Of a DNA stretch of 64,000 nt, positions 28,483 to 38,471 are shown in pieces. The notes under the pieces were generated by a model. The model saw nothing but the letters and a program-made list of their open reading frames with translations, did not search any database and was not told the DNA's origin. Made by a program: the position numbers and the translations under genes. Origin of the DNA: Nigerium sp. (lineage in GTDB: Bacteria > Actinomycetota > Actinomycetes > Propionibacteriales > Propionibacteriaceae); assembly GCF_039811905.1 (NCBI RefSeq), contig NZ_JBDHZL010000003.1, forward strand, positions 3,355 through 67,354, given 5' to 3'. Within the stretch, counting starts at the first letter, position 1, and every line of letters begins with the position of its first letter.

Positions 28483-29898
28483 ATGCCGGTCTACGAGCAC
28501 GCGACGCACCTGCCCCATTCGCGGGCGGACGTCTTCGCCTGGCACGAGCGACCGGGGGCCTTCGTCCGGCTGACGCCGCCCGGCATGGCGACCATCGTGG
28601 AGCCGCCCTCCGACGGGTTGCGCGCCGGGTCCACCGTCAGGCTGCGCGTCTCGCATCCCGTGGTCGCGGGCGGGTCGTCCCTCGTCGCGGGGCGGTCGGT
28701 CGGGGTGCCGTGGGCGCTCACGCACGTCGAGTACGCGCCGGGGGAGGGGTTCGTCGACGAGCAGACGTCCGGGCCGTTCCGCCGGTGGCGGCACGAGCAC
28801 GAGTTCGCGGACGCCCCCGACGGGGGCACCACGATCACCGACCGGGTCCACTGGGAGACGCCTGTTCCGGTGCCGCGCGGGCTCGTGGAGGGGCGGCTGG
28901 CCGGCCTGTTCCGCTTCCGGGCGGCCCAGTTGCGCGGCGACCTCGCGCTGCACGCACGGCTGGGCGAGCGACTGCGCGTCGCGGTGGCGGGGTCGAGTGG
29001 GCTCGTCGGGACGCAGCTGTGCGCGCTGCTGGCGTCCGGGGGGCACGAGGTGACGCGGCTGGTGCGCCGGGAGGCCGGGCCCGGCGAGGCGTCCTGGGAC
29101 CCGGGTGCGGCCGACACCGGCCGCACGATCGCGCGCGACGGACGCCTCGACCCGCGCGTCCTCGAGCCGATGGACGCCGTCGTGAACCTGGCCGGACGCA
29201 GCATCGGCGGCCGGTTCACGCGGAGGGCGAAGCAGGAGATCCACCACTCGCGCGTGCTGGCGTCCTCGACGCTGGCGCGGGCCCTGGCCGGTCTCGCCGA
29301 CGGACGCCCGCGGGCGCTCGTCCAGGCGTCCGCGGTGGGGCTGTACGGGGCGCGGCGTCCGGGTGAGACGCTGCGGGAGGACGCGGTGCCGGGGCGCGGT
29401 TTCCTCGCGGACGTCGTCCGGCACTGGGAAGCCGCCGCCGCGCCCGCGGAGGCGGCAGGCGTCCGGGTGGCGCATCTGCGGACGGGCATCGCGCTGTGTG
29501 CGTCCGGAGGGGCGCTGCTGCCGATGCTGCCCCTGTTCGCGGTCGGGCTCGGAGGCCCGCTGACCAACCCTGACGCCACCGTGAGCTGGATCACCCTCGA
29601 CGACCTCGCGCGCGCCTATCTGTACGCGGTGGCGGAGCCGCTGTCGGGGCCGTACAACGCCGTCGCGCCCGATCCGGCCACGTGGGGCGAGTTCGCCGCG
29701 GGGCTGGGGCGGGTGATGAACCGTCCGGCGGCCGTCCCGACGCCTGGCTTCGGCCCGCGCCTCCTGCTCGGGCGCGGCGCCTACGACCAGCTCGTCCGCA
29801 CCGATCAGCGGGTCTCGTGCGAGCGGCTCCAGGATGCCGGCTTCGCCTTCGAACAGTCCGCCCTCCGCGGCGCGCTGGCGCACGTGCTCGCGCACTGA
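28483..29898 (+). CDS. TIGR01777-family protein (SRPBCC + NAD-dependent epimerase-like)
   Basis: WHERPGAFVRLTPP, DEQTSGPFRRWRHEH, VAGSSGLVG, VVNLAG, LRTGIAL, WITLDD. Confidence 0.9.
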   Translation: MPVYEHATHLPHSRADVFAWHERPGAFVRLTPPGMATIVEPPSDGLRAGSTVRLRVSHPVVAGGSSLVAGRSVGVPWALTHVEYAPGEGFVDEQTSGPFRRWRHEHEFADAPDGGTTITDRVHWETPVPVPRGLVEGRLAGLFRFRAAQLRGDLALHARLGERLRVAVAGSSGLVGTQLCALLASGGHEVTRLVRREAGPGEASWDPGAADTGRTIARDGRLDPRVLEPMDAVVNLAGRSIGGRFTRRAKQEIHHSRVLASSTLARALAGLADGRPRALVQASAVGLYGARRPGETLREDAVPGRGFLADVVRHWEAAAAPAEAAGVRVAHLRTGIALCASGGALLPMLPLFAVGLGGPLTNPDATVSWITLDDLARAYLYAVAEPLSGPYNAVAPDPATWGEFAAGLGRVMNRPAAVPTPGFGPRLLLGRGAYDQLVRTDQRVSCERLQDAGFAFEQSALRGALAHVLAH

Positions 29899-29918
29899 CG
29901 CGCGTCCCGAGGACGGTC

Positions 29919-30143
29919 TCAGCGGGTGGGCCAGCGCAGCAGCCAGTCATCGATCATGCGGTGCACGGGGTCCTCCAGCGCCGGGTCGACGGCGTGGGCC
30001 TCCCCGGACGTCAGGTCGAACCAGCCCACCGGCGAGCCGTCGGCGTCCCGGACGTACAGGCGGTCGTAGCGGTGACGCTGCCACCGCTCGACGTGCCAGC
30101 CCTCGGGCGGCGCGGAGCGGTGGTCGCGGGCGAGATCTGACAT
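29919..30143 (-). CDS. Small protein resembling the N-terminal module of actinobacterial NERD proteins
   Basis: WHVERWQRHRYDRLYVRDADGSPVGWFDLTSG; family resemblance recalled, not searched. Confidence 0.6.
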   Translation of the reverse strand: MSDLARDHRSAPPEGWHVERWQRHRYDRLYVRDADGSPVGWFDLTSGEAHAVDPALEDPVHRMIDDWLLRWPTR

Positions 30144-30190
30144 GGGCACCCCCTCGCACGGTCGGACGGTCTTTTCCTGGGCACGTGTCC

Positions 30191-30237
30191 GTGTGACGTT
30201 CTCCACCCCCCGCGGTGGAGAACGTCAGGTAGAAACG
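30191..30237. repeat. 47-bp dispersed palindromic repeat, copy 2
   Basis: GTGTGACG TTCTCCAC CCCCCGC GGTGGAGAACGTC AGGT AGAAACG; perfect stem tgacgttctccacc/ggtggagaacgtca. Confidence 0.75.
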
Positions 30238-30373
30238 CCCACGGGGGAGTGATGTGGAGCCCTTATTCTTGGCACTCCCGGAGGTGACACGCCAGGGCGG
30301 ATGCGCAACGACACCGTTTCGCGACCTTTGCGCCGGAAACGTCCAGCCTCGGCCCGGCCGGTACGCTGCCCGC

Positions 30374-32230
30374 ATGAACCCCCGACAGACCCGTCGACGT
30401 CGGGCGCGGCGTCTGAGCCGGCTCGTGGGCGTCTCGCTGGCGACGCTGCTGCTGTCGCTCGTCTCGGCCGCGTTCCTGGCGACGCCCGCCTCCGCCGACG
30501 ACACCCCCGACTCCTGGCGCATCACCCGCTATGACGTCGATGCGCAGGTGGCCTCCGACGGCACGACCCGCGTCCGGCTCGACCTCGACTTCGACTTCGC
30601 CGGCGACGAGGGGCACGGGCCGCACCTCTGGTTCCCCGAGCGCCAGCGCGTCGAGGGCAACCCCGACCTGTGGCGCACGCTCGACGTGACGCTCGGCCAG
30701 GTGAGCAGCCCCTCCGGCGCGGCCGCCGACGTCAAGATCGATCACGACGACGGCAACCTCAAGGTCCGCATCGGCAACGAGAACCGGCAGTACACCGGCG
30801 TCCAGCAGTACCGCATCGAGTACACGGTCCGGGGGCTCGTCGCGCCGCGCGTCGCGGGCAGCGGCCTCGACGAGTTCAACGACAACGTCGTCGGGCCCGG
30901 CTGGGAGGTGCCGATTTCGGGGGCGACCGCCACCGTGACCGGGCCGGCCGACATCCAGCGCGCCGCCTGCTTCCGCGGCGAGCGCTACGACACCCCGTGC
31001 GCAGCCAGCGAGAACGGGCGCTCGGCCGTGTTCTCCGCGCCGGGTCTCGCCGCGCACGAGCCCGTGCAGATCGTCGCCGGCTTCCCCGCCGGCACGTTCG
31101 TGGGGGCCGAACCGCAATTCACCAAGCGGTACCACCCCGGCAACATGTTCCCCCTCACGCCGGTCACCGGCGGCGCGACCGCCCTGCTCATGGCGCTGGG
31201 TGTGGGCGGGGTCGCGCTGGCGGTCCGCCGCGCGGGCCGCGACCAGGCCTACCTCGGTCTCACGCCCGGCCTGCGGCCGGCGTCGGGGCAGGACGCTCTG
31301 GTGGGGGACGCCGACGGTGCCGCCCCCGTCGCCGTCCAGTTCACGCCGCCCGCCGGGGCTACGCCCGGGGAGGTCGGCGTCCTGCAGGACGCGACGGCCG
31401 ACAACGAGGATGTGACGGCGACCGTCATCGACCTGGCCGTGCGCGGGCACCTGCGCATCACGCCGGAGGACGACGAGGTCTGGCGCTTCACCCGGCTCGA
31501 CTCGGCCGAGCCGCGGCTCGCCTACGAACAGGCCGTGCTCGACCAACTCTTCTGGCAGGGCGACGAGGTCACGACCGAGGAGCTGCAGGGCGGCGACTAT
31601 GCGCAGCTCGTCCCCGAGACTCGCGACGGGCTGATGAAGCGCACGACCGACGAGTTGCACTGGTTCACGCGCAACCCCGTCGCCGTGCGCGCCGGCGCGA
31701 TCGCCGTCGGCGTCGGCCTGGTCGTCGTGGGCGTCCTGGCGGGGCTCGCGCTGTCGATGGTCGGCTGGGGCCTGCTGGGGCTCGCCGGCATCGTGGCCGG
31801 CATCGCCGTGATCGCGGTCTGCAACCGCTTCGGACGCCGCACCGCCGAGGGCTCGGCGGTGCTGGCCGAGTCGAAGGGCTTCGAGTTGTACCTGAGGACC
31901 GCGGAGGCCGACCAGATCCGCTTCGAGGAGGGCATCGACGTGTTCTCGCGCTACCTGCCCTACGCCATCGTGTTCGGCGTCGCCGAGCGCTGGTCGGCGA
32001 TCTTCGAGGAGCTCGCCCGGCAGGGCCGCTACGAGCCCGACCTCGGGTGGTACGGCAGCCCCGTGGGCACGTTCACGGGCTGGGGCCTCGCCGGCGCGAT
32101 GGGGGGCCTCGGCGACTCGATCGGCGGGGCCGTGTCGGCGTCCGCCCAGGCCTCGACGTCCGCCACGGGCGGCGGCTCTGGCTTCGGCGGGGGCGGCGGC
32201 TTCGGCGGCGGGGGCGGCGGCGGCTGGTGA
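30374..32230 (+). CDS. DUF2207-family membrane protein
   Basis: Signal peptide, WRITRYDVDAQV, ATVIDLAVRGHL, GFELYLRTAE, FSRYLPYAIVFGVAERW, GGGGFGGGGGGGW end. Confidence 0.9.
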   Translation: MNPRQTRRRRARRLSRLVGVSLATLLLSLVSAAFLATPASADDTPDSWRITRYDVDAQVASDGTTRVRLDLDFDFAGDEGHGPHLWFPERQRVEGNPDLWRTLDVTLGQVSSPSGAAADVKIDHDDGNLKVRIGNENRQYTGVQQYRIEYTVRGLVAPRVAGSGLDEFNDNVVGPGWEVPISGATATVTGPADIQRAACFRGERYDTPCAASENGRSAVFSAPGLAAHEPVQIVAGFPAGTFVGAEPQFTKRYHPGNMFPLTPVTGGATALLMALGVGGVALAVRRAGRDQAYLGLTPGLRPASGQDALVGDADGAAPVAVQFTPPAGATPGEVGVLQDATADNEDVTATVIDLAVRGHLRITPEDDEVWRFTRLDSAEPRLAYEQAVLDQLFWQGDEVTTEELQGGDYAQLVPETRDGLMKRTTDELHWFTRNPVAVRAGAIAVGVGLVVVGVLAGLALSMVGWGLLGLAGIVAGIAVIAVCNRFGRRTAEGSAVLAESKGFELYLRTAEADQIRFEEGIDVFSRYLPYAIVFGVAERWSAIFEELARQGRYEPDLGWYGSPVGTFTGWGLAGAMGGLGDSIGGAVSASAQASTSATGGGSGFGGGGGFGGGGGGGW

Positions 32231-32338
32231 CGCCGCTGAGGCGGTGTGGCAGGGTGGCGGCCATGTGCCGCCACCTGCGTCCGCTGTCCGACGTCGAACC
32301 GTCCGTCACTCCGGCGCGCGACGGCGTCCCGGCCTGAC

Positions 32339-32920
32339 GTGGGTGCCGGAACGCCGGCCCCCGACCTTTCCCGCCCGGGCCTGGAGGTCGCGCCGCTGCT
32401 GCTGGGGTGTGTGCTGCGGGTCGGCGACGTCGCCGCGCGGCTCGTCGAGGTCGAGGCCTACGAGGGGGAGCGCGACCCGGCGTCCCACGCCTGGAAGGGC
32501 CCGAGCCGCCGCAACGCCGTGATGTTCGGCGGACCCGGACACCTCTACGTGTACGCCATGCACGGGCACCACTGCTGTAACATCGCCTGCCGCGAGGAGG
32601 GGGTGGCGAGCGCGGTCCTCCTGCGCGGCGCCGAGATCGTCGACGGTCTGGACGCCGCCCGCGCCCGGCGTCCCGGGGTGGCGGACACCGCCCTCGCCCG
32701 CGGGCCCGGCAACCTGTGCCGGGCGCTCGGGATCACGTCCGCCGACAACGGGGCGTCCCTGTTCGGCCCGCGTCTGCTGCTCTCGGGGCGTGCGGCCCCG
32801 GTCGAGGTGGCCGCGGGCCCCCGCGTGAACGTCTCGCGCGCCGGGGAGTGGCCCTGGCGGTTCTGGGTGCCGGGCAGCCCCTCGGTGTCGGCGTACAAGC
32901 GGCACGCGGGGTCTGCTTAA
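32339..32920 (+). CDS. mpg: DNA-3-methyladenine glycosylase (MPG/AAG family)
   Basis: RLVEVEAY, DPASH, MFGGPGHLYVY, CCNI, AVLLRG, RGPGNLCRALGI, GPRVNVS; start uncertain. Confidence 0.92.
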   Translation: MGAGTPAPDLSRPGLEVAPLLLGCVLRVGDVAARLVEVEAYEGERDPASHAWKGPSRRNAVMFGGPGHLYVYAMHGHHCCNIACREEGVASAVLLRGAEIVDGLDAARARRPGVADTALARGPGNLCRALGITSADNGASLFGPRLLLSGRAAPVEVAAGPRVNVSRAGEWPWRFWVPGSPSVSAYKRHAGSA

Positions 32921-32925
32921 ACGAC

Positions 32926-32962
32926 GGCGGGTCGCGGGTGTTCAAGACACCCGCGACCCGCC
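32926..32962. terminator. Terminator after mpg
   Basis: ggcgggtcgcgggtgt-tcaag-acacccgcgacccgcc, 16-bp stem. Confidence 0.75.
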
Positions 32963-32974
32963 TTGCGACCCGCG

Positions 32975-33571
32975 GGGGGAATGCGAGTCGCTCCCCAGGG
33001 GGACCAATCCCGGGGGCTGAAGCGCTCTCGTGCCGGTCGGTCACTGAGTCGACGACAAGAGAACGCTCCGTCTAGGTGAGTTCCTGGCGATTGGGCCAGG
33101 TTCCCAAGACCACCATATCGGTGCTGAGCACTCTACTCATAACCGATCGCTACTATTCTGCCTCACAAGGAGACGGATGTCTCTATGTTTCGGGGGTCGA
33201 CTTGTTCACAACAAAGTTGTCCCGGTGTTTATGGGATCCCCCCGCCTTCGACGTCTCGTCATCTGAACTATCCGCGCGGTCGCGTCCCCCGCGCGGGGGG
33301 TCGTCCGGCTGACGGATGCCGCTCTCGCTAGGGGCCTTTCCGGTCACCCCCGCAGGGGACCGGGGAAGTGCGTCAGGAATGAGACGGTCCCGGCCAATGG
33401 GCGGGGCAACCCATCAACATTCGTTGATTAGATGTCCAGGAATGTCCAAGACACCGGTCGTCCGGTCGACAAAAGGACGCCGATGGCACTTTAGGGGGAG
33501 ACGGCATCGTCCGTTGGTATTGAGAGATCTCGCAATAGCGGGCGACACGCGGAGCCCGGCGGAATCGCGGT
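32975..33571. other. Lower-GC, hairpin-rich intergenic segment; candidate structured RNA or regulatory region
   Basis: Visibly AT-richer than flanks, no convincing long ORF, multiple stems and palindromes. Confidence 0.45.
33177..33266 (+). CDS. Putative 29-aa small ORF MSLCFGGRLVHNKVVPVFMGSPRLRRLVI
   Basis: AAGGAG RBS 4 nt before ATG; TACTAT -10-like hexamer at 33151; codon usage atypical. Confidence 0.3.
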   Translation: MSLCFGGRLVHNKVVPVFMGSPRLRRLVI

Positions 33572-34414
33572 TCAGGGCCGCAGGCGGGCGGCGTCCTCGG
33601 GGGAGATGACGTTGTGGACCAACCGGCCGCGCTCCAGCCCGACGAGCGTCGACTGCACGGCGTCGGGGTAGATCTGCACGAGGCTGAAGCCCTGCGCCGC
33701 GTCCTGGCCGCGCAGCGTGCGGCCCTCCGTCAGGTCCTGGGTGTAGGCGAGCGACGTCGCCCCCGCCACCGGGACGCCCGCGAACGTGCCCATGCTCGGT
33801 TGATGGAAGTGCCCGCCCAGGATCAGCCGGACGCCCGAGCCGGCCAGCAGCGGCGCGACCTCCTCGGGGTTGGTGAGCGGCCACAGGGCCGCCGCGTCCT
33901 GCACTGGCGGGAGGGGCGTGTGGTGCATCACCAGCACGGTCGGCCCGGACGCCTCACCGAGCCGGTCGGCGAGCCAGGCGAGCGATGCGGGCGCGACGCG
34001 CCCCTCCGGACGCCCCGGCAGGTTCGTGTCGAGCAGCAGAAACCGGACGCCGCCCACCTCGCGCTCGGCGTTGTACGGCTCGTCGGTGGCCGGCAGCCCG
34101 AGCAGCCCGGCGCGGAACGCCGCCCGGTCGTCGTGGTTGCCGTTGGCCCAGATGACCTCGACGCCCCGGGACGCGGCGGCCGGCTCCACCAACGCGCGCA
34201 GCCAGGCGTACGCCTCGACGTCGCCCTCGTCGGCCAGGTCGCCCGAGAAGAGCCAGGCGGCGCAGTCGGCGTCCCACGATGTCAGGACGCCGACCGCCCG
34301 CTCGACCAGCGCGCGGCTGTCGGCCACACCGGAGACCAGCGGATCCGCGGCGGTGCGGATGTGCGTGTCGCTCAGGTGGGCAAAGGTGACCAAAGGCGTG
34401 CCGAAACCCGTCAC
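33572..34414 (-). CDS. Calcineurin-like metallophosphoesterase (CpdA-type phosphodiesterase)
   Basis: HLSDTH, SGDLAD, GNHD, MHH, GHFH motifs. Confidence 0.9.
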   Translation of the reverse strand: MTGFGTPLVTFAHLSDTHIRTAADPLVSGVADSRALVERAVGVLTSWDADCAAWLFSGDLADEGDVEAYAWLRALVEPAAASRGVEVIWANGNHDDRAAFRAGLLGLPATDEPYNAEREVGGVRFLLLDTNLPGRPEGRVAPASLAWLADRLGEASGPTVLVMHHTPLPPVQDAAALWPLTNPEEVAPLLAGSGVRLILGGHFHQPSMGTFAGVPVAGATSLAYTQDLTEGRTLRGQDAAQGFSLVQIYPDAVQSTLVGLERGRLVHNVISPEDAARLRP

Positions 34415-34427
34415 GTCGCCGTCGGGC

Positions 34428-34991
34428 TCAGGACTCGAGCTGAGGCTTCGGGGTGAACTCGTTCGCGTAGTCGGTGCCGCGAGCCCGCTCCCAGCTCGCC
34501 TGGATCTCCTTCTCGGCCTCGGACCGGCCGACCCAGGTAGCGCCCTCGACGGACTTGCCCGGCTCCAGGTCCTTGTACACGGAGAAGAAGTGCTCGATCT
34601 CGAGCAGCGAGAGCGCGGGCAGGTCGTCGAGCTCGGTGACGTGCTCCTGCCGCTGGTCGGCGGTCGCGATGCACAGCACCTTGTCGTCGCCGCCCATCTC
34701 GTCCTTCATCCGGAACATGCCGATCGCGCGGCACTCGATGAGCGCGCCGGGGAAGGTGGGCTCGGGGACGATCACCATCGCGTCGAGCGGGTCGCCGTCT
34801 TGCCCCAGGGTGCCCTCGATGAAGCCGTAGTCGTTGGGGTACTGGGTGGAGGTGAACAGCGTCCGGTCAAGCCGAATGCGGCCCGTGTGATGGTCCATTT
34901 CGTACTTGTTCTTCGTGCCCTTCGGGATCTCGACGGTGACGTCGAAGCGGAGGTTCGGCTTGATCCGGGGGCGGGAGAAGGATTGGCTCAT
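34428..34991 (-). CDS. ppa: Inorganic pyrophosphatase (family I)
   Basis: [38 protein letters not shown]. Confidence 0.96.
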   Translation of the reverse strand: MSQSFSRPRIKPNLRFDVTVEIPKGTKNKYEMDHHTGRIRLDRTLFTSTQYPNDYGFIEGTLGQDGDPLDAMVIVPEPTFPGALIECRAIGMFRMKDEMGGDDKVLCIATADQRQEHVTELDDLPALSLLEIEHFFSVYKDLEPGKSVEGATWVGRSEAEKEIQASWERARGTDYANEFTPKPQLES

Positions 34992-35089
34992 CGGGCTCAC
35001 CTTTGTGTCGTGGCTTTGGTCTACGTTGGCGAAAAGCAGCCTATCGTTTGGTCCATGGCCACGGTATCGCCGGAGAACGGAGTTGGCAC

Positions 35090-36418
35090 GTGACATTGCG
35101 AGGCCCACGCGGCGCGTGCATCGCGGGCGCCCTGGTGCTCGGGCTTGCGGTCGCTCCGGCGGCGCCGGTGTGGGGCGCGCCCGCCGCCGAGATGCCCGCG
35201 GCGACCACGCTGCCCGCGCCCGTTCTGCCGGTCCTGACGCCGGCGTCCGGGGCCGTCAACGACGCGACGATCGCGGCGCGCATGCGCGCCGTCAAGACCG
35301 ACAAGCTGCCCGACATCGGGGCCGTCGTGCTCGACGGGACGGGCCGCGTGGTCTACCAGTCGAAGAACACGCCGAAGGTGCCGGCGTCCACGATGAAGGT
35401 GCTGACGTCCCTGGTCGCGCTCGATGTGCTGGGGCCCGACTCGCGCTTCGAGACGAAGGTCGTGCAGGGTGCGTCGCCGTCGCAGATCGTGCTCGTCGGC
35501 GGCGGCGACCCGCTGATGACGTCGACGGCCGCGCAGCGTCCGGGTGGCTCCAGCATGGAGGCGCTGGCCGCTCGGACGGCCGCGGCGCTCGCGCAGCAGA
35601 AGGTGACGTCGGTCACGTTGCAGCTCGACGCGACGCTGTTCGGCGGCCCGGCCTGGGAGGCCGATTGGCCCGACCGCTTCAAGTGGTCGGTCGCGCCGAT
35701 CACGGCGCTCAAGGTCGATCACGCGCTCGCGACGCCGGGCAGCCTGAACCGCGACGTGTCGCCGAACGCCCACGCCGGGCGCGTGTTCGCGGCCCAGCTC
35801 GCGGCCAGGGGCATCAAGGTCACCGCGACGGCGTACGGCAAGGCCCCCGCCGACGCGCCCAAGCTCGCCGGCGTCTCGTCGCTGCCGGTCGCGGCCATCG
35901 TGGAGGAGACGCTCGCGCAGAGCGACAACGACGCCGCCGAGACGCTGGCCTGGCAGCTCGCGCTCAAGCGCGGCCAGCCGGCGAACTTCGACACGTCCCG
36001 GGACGTCCTCACCGCCGAACTCAAGGCGCGCGGCCTCTTCGACGAGGGGATGGTCATCGACGACGGCAACGGCATCTCGCCGAAGAACCGGGTCACGCCG
36101 GGCGCGTTGGCGCGGGCGATCCGGCAGGGCATCGAGACGCCGACGCTGCGCAACCTTCTCACCGGCCTGCCGGTCGCCGGGGCGACCGGCACGCTGGCCG
36201 GTCGGTTCGCCGCCCCGACGGCGGCCGCCGCCCGGGGCAAGGTGCGCGCGAAGACCGGCTCGATCACGGGGGTCGATTCGCTGGCCGGCTACGTCGTGAG
36301 CAACGATGGGCACGTGTTCTCCTACGCGTTCGTCCTGAACGGCACGCCGACGCCGGCCAAGGGCCGCGCGTGGATCGACGACGCCAGCGCCGTCCTGGCG
36401 GCCTGCGGGTGCTCGTGA
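35090..36418 (+). CDS. dacB: D-alanyl-D-alanine carboxypeptidase/endopeptidase (PBP4, S13)
   Basis: PASTMK (SxxK), SDN, KTGS, DGNGIS; canonical synteny with tilS-hpt-ftsH. Confidence 0.93.
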   Translation: MTLRGPRGACIAGALVLGLAVAPAAPVWGAPAAEMPAATTLPAPVLPVLTPASGAVNDATIAARMRAVKTDKLPDIGAVVLDGTGRVVYQSKNTPKVPASTMKVLTSLVALDVLGPDSRFETKVVQGASPSQIVLVGGGDPLMTSTAAQRPGGSSMEALAARTAAALAQQKVTSVTLQLDATLFGGPAWEADWPDRFKWSVAPITALKVDHALATPGSLNRDVSPNAHAGRVFAAQLAARGIKVTATAYGKAPADAPKLAGVSSLPVAAIVEETLAQSDNDAAETLAWQLALKRGQPANFDTSRDVLTAELKARGLFDEGMVIDDGNGISPKNRVTPGALARAIRQGIETPTLRNLLTGLPVAGATGTLAGRFAAPTAAAARGKVRAKTGSITGVDSLAGYVVSNDGHVFSYAFVLNGTPTPAKGRAWIDDASAVLAACGCS

Positions 36419-37410
36419 GCGCCGCAGGAACGCCGATCCCGCCGATCGACTTCGCGACGGCGCAGGCGTCCGGGCGCCGGGTGACCCCGGCCGGCCCGCG
36501 CCTGTCGGGGCCGGAGATGGCCGAGATCGTCGCGGGCCTGCAGGCCGCGGCGGAGGCGTCCGTCGGGCCGGTGGCCGAGGTGACCCGGCTGGGCGCCGAC
36601 GCGCCCGGGCCCATGCTGGTCGTCGACCGGGCGAACTGGGTGGACGCCAACTGCGCGATGGTCTCCCGCCTGCTCGCCGAGGCCGGCGGGGGCGTCGGCC
36701 CGCGGCCGGCCGGGCTGACGGGACGCCTCGAGGCGCACGCCAACGGCGTCCAGCTGGGTGGGGCGATGGCCTTCCTGGCGACGCGGGTACTCGGCCAGTA
36801 CCTGCCGTTCGCGGCCGAGCCGGCGCTGCTGATCGTGGCGCCGAACGTGGCCGCGGTCGAGCGGGCGCTCGGCGTCGACCGGCCCGACTTCCGGCTGTGG
36901 GTGTGCCTGCACGAGCAGACGCACCGGCTGCAGTTCGCCCGCGCACCCTGGCTGCGCGACTACCTCGTGCGGGCCACCGGGCAGTTGCTGTCCGCGCCGC
37001 AGACGTTCGCGCCGCAGGCGCTGTTGCGCGGCGGCTCTCTCGTGGACGCCGTGACGAGCCCCGAGCAGCGGGGCACCTTCGACCGGATCAGCGGCGTGAT
37101 GGCCCTGCTGGAGGGCTACGCCGACGTGATGATGGACCGGGTCGGCCCCGACGTCGTCCCGACGGTCGCCGAGATCCGGCGCCGCTTCGAGCGCCGGCGG
37201 TCGCGCGGGGGGCTGTACGCGGCCCTGAACCGCCTCATCGGCATGGATCTGAAGCTCGCCCAGTACCGCGACGGCGCCGCGTTCTGCACGGCCGTCATCG
37301 GCCGGGTCGGCGTCGACGGACTCAACGCCGTCTACGAGGGGCCCGGGCTGCTGCCGAGCCTGGACGAGATCCACGACCCGCAGCGCTGGGTGGCGCGCGT
37401 CCACGGCTGA
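36415..37410 (+). CDS. Zinc-dependent metalloprotease (DUF2342-like)
   Basis: WVCLHEQTH, MALLEGYAD, KLAQYRDG; GTG overlaps dacB stop. Confidence 0.88.
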   Translation: MSAAGTPIPPIDFATAQASGRRVTPAGPRLSGPEMAEIVAGLQAAAEASVGPVAEVTRLGADAPGPMLVVDRANWVDANCAMVSRLLAEAGGGVGPRPAGLTGRLEAHANGVQLGGAMAFLATRVLGQYLPFAAEPALLIVAPNVAAVERALGVDRPDFRLWVCLHEQTHRLQFARAPWLRDYLVRATGQLLSAPQTFAPQALLRGGSLVDAVTSPEQRGTFDRISGVMALLEGYADVMMDRVGPDVVPTVAEIRRRFERRRSRGGLYAALNRLIGMDLKLAQYRDGAAFCTAVIGRVGVDGLNAVYEGPGLLPSLDEIHDPQRWVARVHG

Positions 37411-38471
37411 TGGCCCGCCGCGCGCTCACGGACGCCTGCCTCGCCGTCGTCCAGGCCGTCCGGGCTCTTCCGGCGGCGCCTTGGGCGGTGGCCTGCTCCG
37501 GCGGCGCCGACTCCCTGGCCCTCGCGTGGGCGGCCGCGCACGTCGCGTCCCGCCGCGGGACGCCGTGCCGCGCGGTCGTCGTCGACCACGGCCTTCAACC
37601 GGGTTCGGACGCCGTCGCCGCGGGCGTCGCGGCGCGGTTGGCCGCGTTGCCCGACCCGGGCGGGCGGGCCGGGGGAACGCTGTCGCTGCCGGCGGCGGTC
37701 GTCCGGGTGAGCGTTCCGGACGCCGGCGACGGGCCGGAGGCGTCCGCGCGGCGGGCCCGGTATGCGGCGCTGGAGGCGGCGTCCGCGGGCCGGGGGGCGC
37801 CGGAGGGCGAGCGGGTCCTGCTCGGGCACACCCGCTCCGACCAGGCCGAGACCGTGCTGCTCGGCCTGGCGCGTGGCTCGGGGACGCGGTCGCTGGCGGG
37901 CATGCCGGCCGAGCGGGGGGTGTTCGTCCGGCCGCTGCTCGGGCTCGACCGGGCCGTCACCGCGGCCGCCTGCGCCGACCTGGGCCTCACGCCCTGGACC
38001 GACCCGCACAACGCCGAGCGCCGCTTCGCGCGCGTCCGCGTCCGGGAGTCGGTGCTGCCGCTCCTGGAGGCCGAGCTCGGGCCGGGGGTCGCGCAGGCCC
38101 TCGTCCGGACGGCGGCCCTCGCCCGCGCGGACGCCGACCTCCTCGACTCCCTCGCGGCGGGCGTCCTGGCGGCCGCGCCGCGGCGGGAGGCGTCCGACCG
38201 CGGGCCGATCCCCGCCGAACTGGACGCCGCCTGGCTGGCCGGTCTGCCGCCGGCCCTGCGCGATCGGGCGCTGCGGGCCTGGCTCGCGGAGCGGGGGTAC
38301 GCGGAGGCGTCCTTCGGGCACGTCGCGGCGGTCGCCGCGCTCGTGACCGGCTGGCACGGGCAGAAGGGCGCCGACGTGCCCGGCGCACGTGTGGTCAGGA
38401 GGAACGGATGGCTGGGCACGCGTCCGGACGCCGGCGCGGACGACTACGATGCCAGCCGTGGACGCTGCTGA
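37410..38471 (+). CDS. tilS: tRNA(Ile)-lysidine synthetase
   Basis: ACSGGADSLAL, VDHGLQ, LGHTRSDQAETVLL, RPLL, DPHN. Confidence 0.95.
   Translation: MARRALTDACLAVVQAVRALPAAPWAVACSGGADSLALAWAAAHVASRRGTPCRAVVVDHGLQPGSDAVAAGVAARLAALPDPGGRAGGTLSLPAAVVRVSVPDAGDGPEASARRARYAALEAASAGRGAPEGERVLLGHTRSDQAETVLLGLARGSGTRSLAGMPAERGVFVRPLLGLDRAVTAAACADLGLTPWTDPHNAERRFARVRVRESVLPLLEAELGPGVAQALVRTAALARADADLLDSLAAGVLAAAPRREASDRGPIPAELDAAWLAGLPPALRDRALRAWLAERGYAEASFGHVAAVAALVTGWHGQKGADVPGARVVRRNGWLGTRPDAGADDYDASRGRC

Noticed and set aside
33012-33040. GGGGCTGA start resembling the tmRNA 5' end
   Set aside because: No following GGTTTCGAC, no tag ORF and no tRNA-like 3' end found
33340-33375. Cobalamin riboswitch-like ACCGGGAAG
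   Set aside because: Other conserved B12-box elements not seen, and no downstream gene in that orientation
33076-33609. Track ORFs 33076-33312 and 33316-33609
   Set aside because: No RBS, atypical codons and no motifs; probably non-coding
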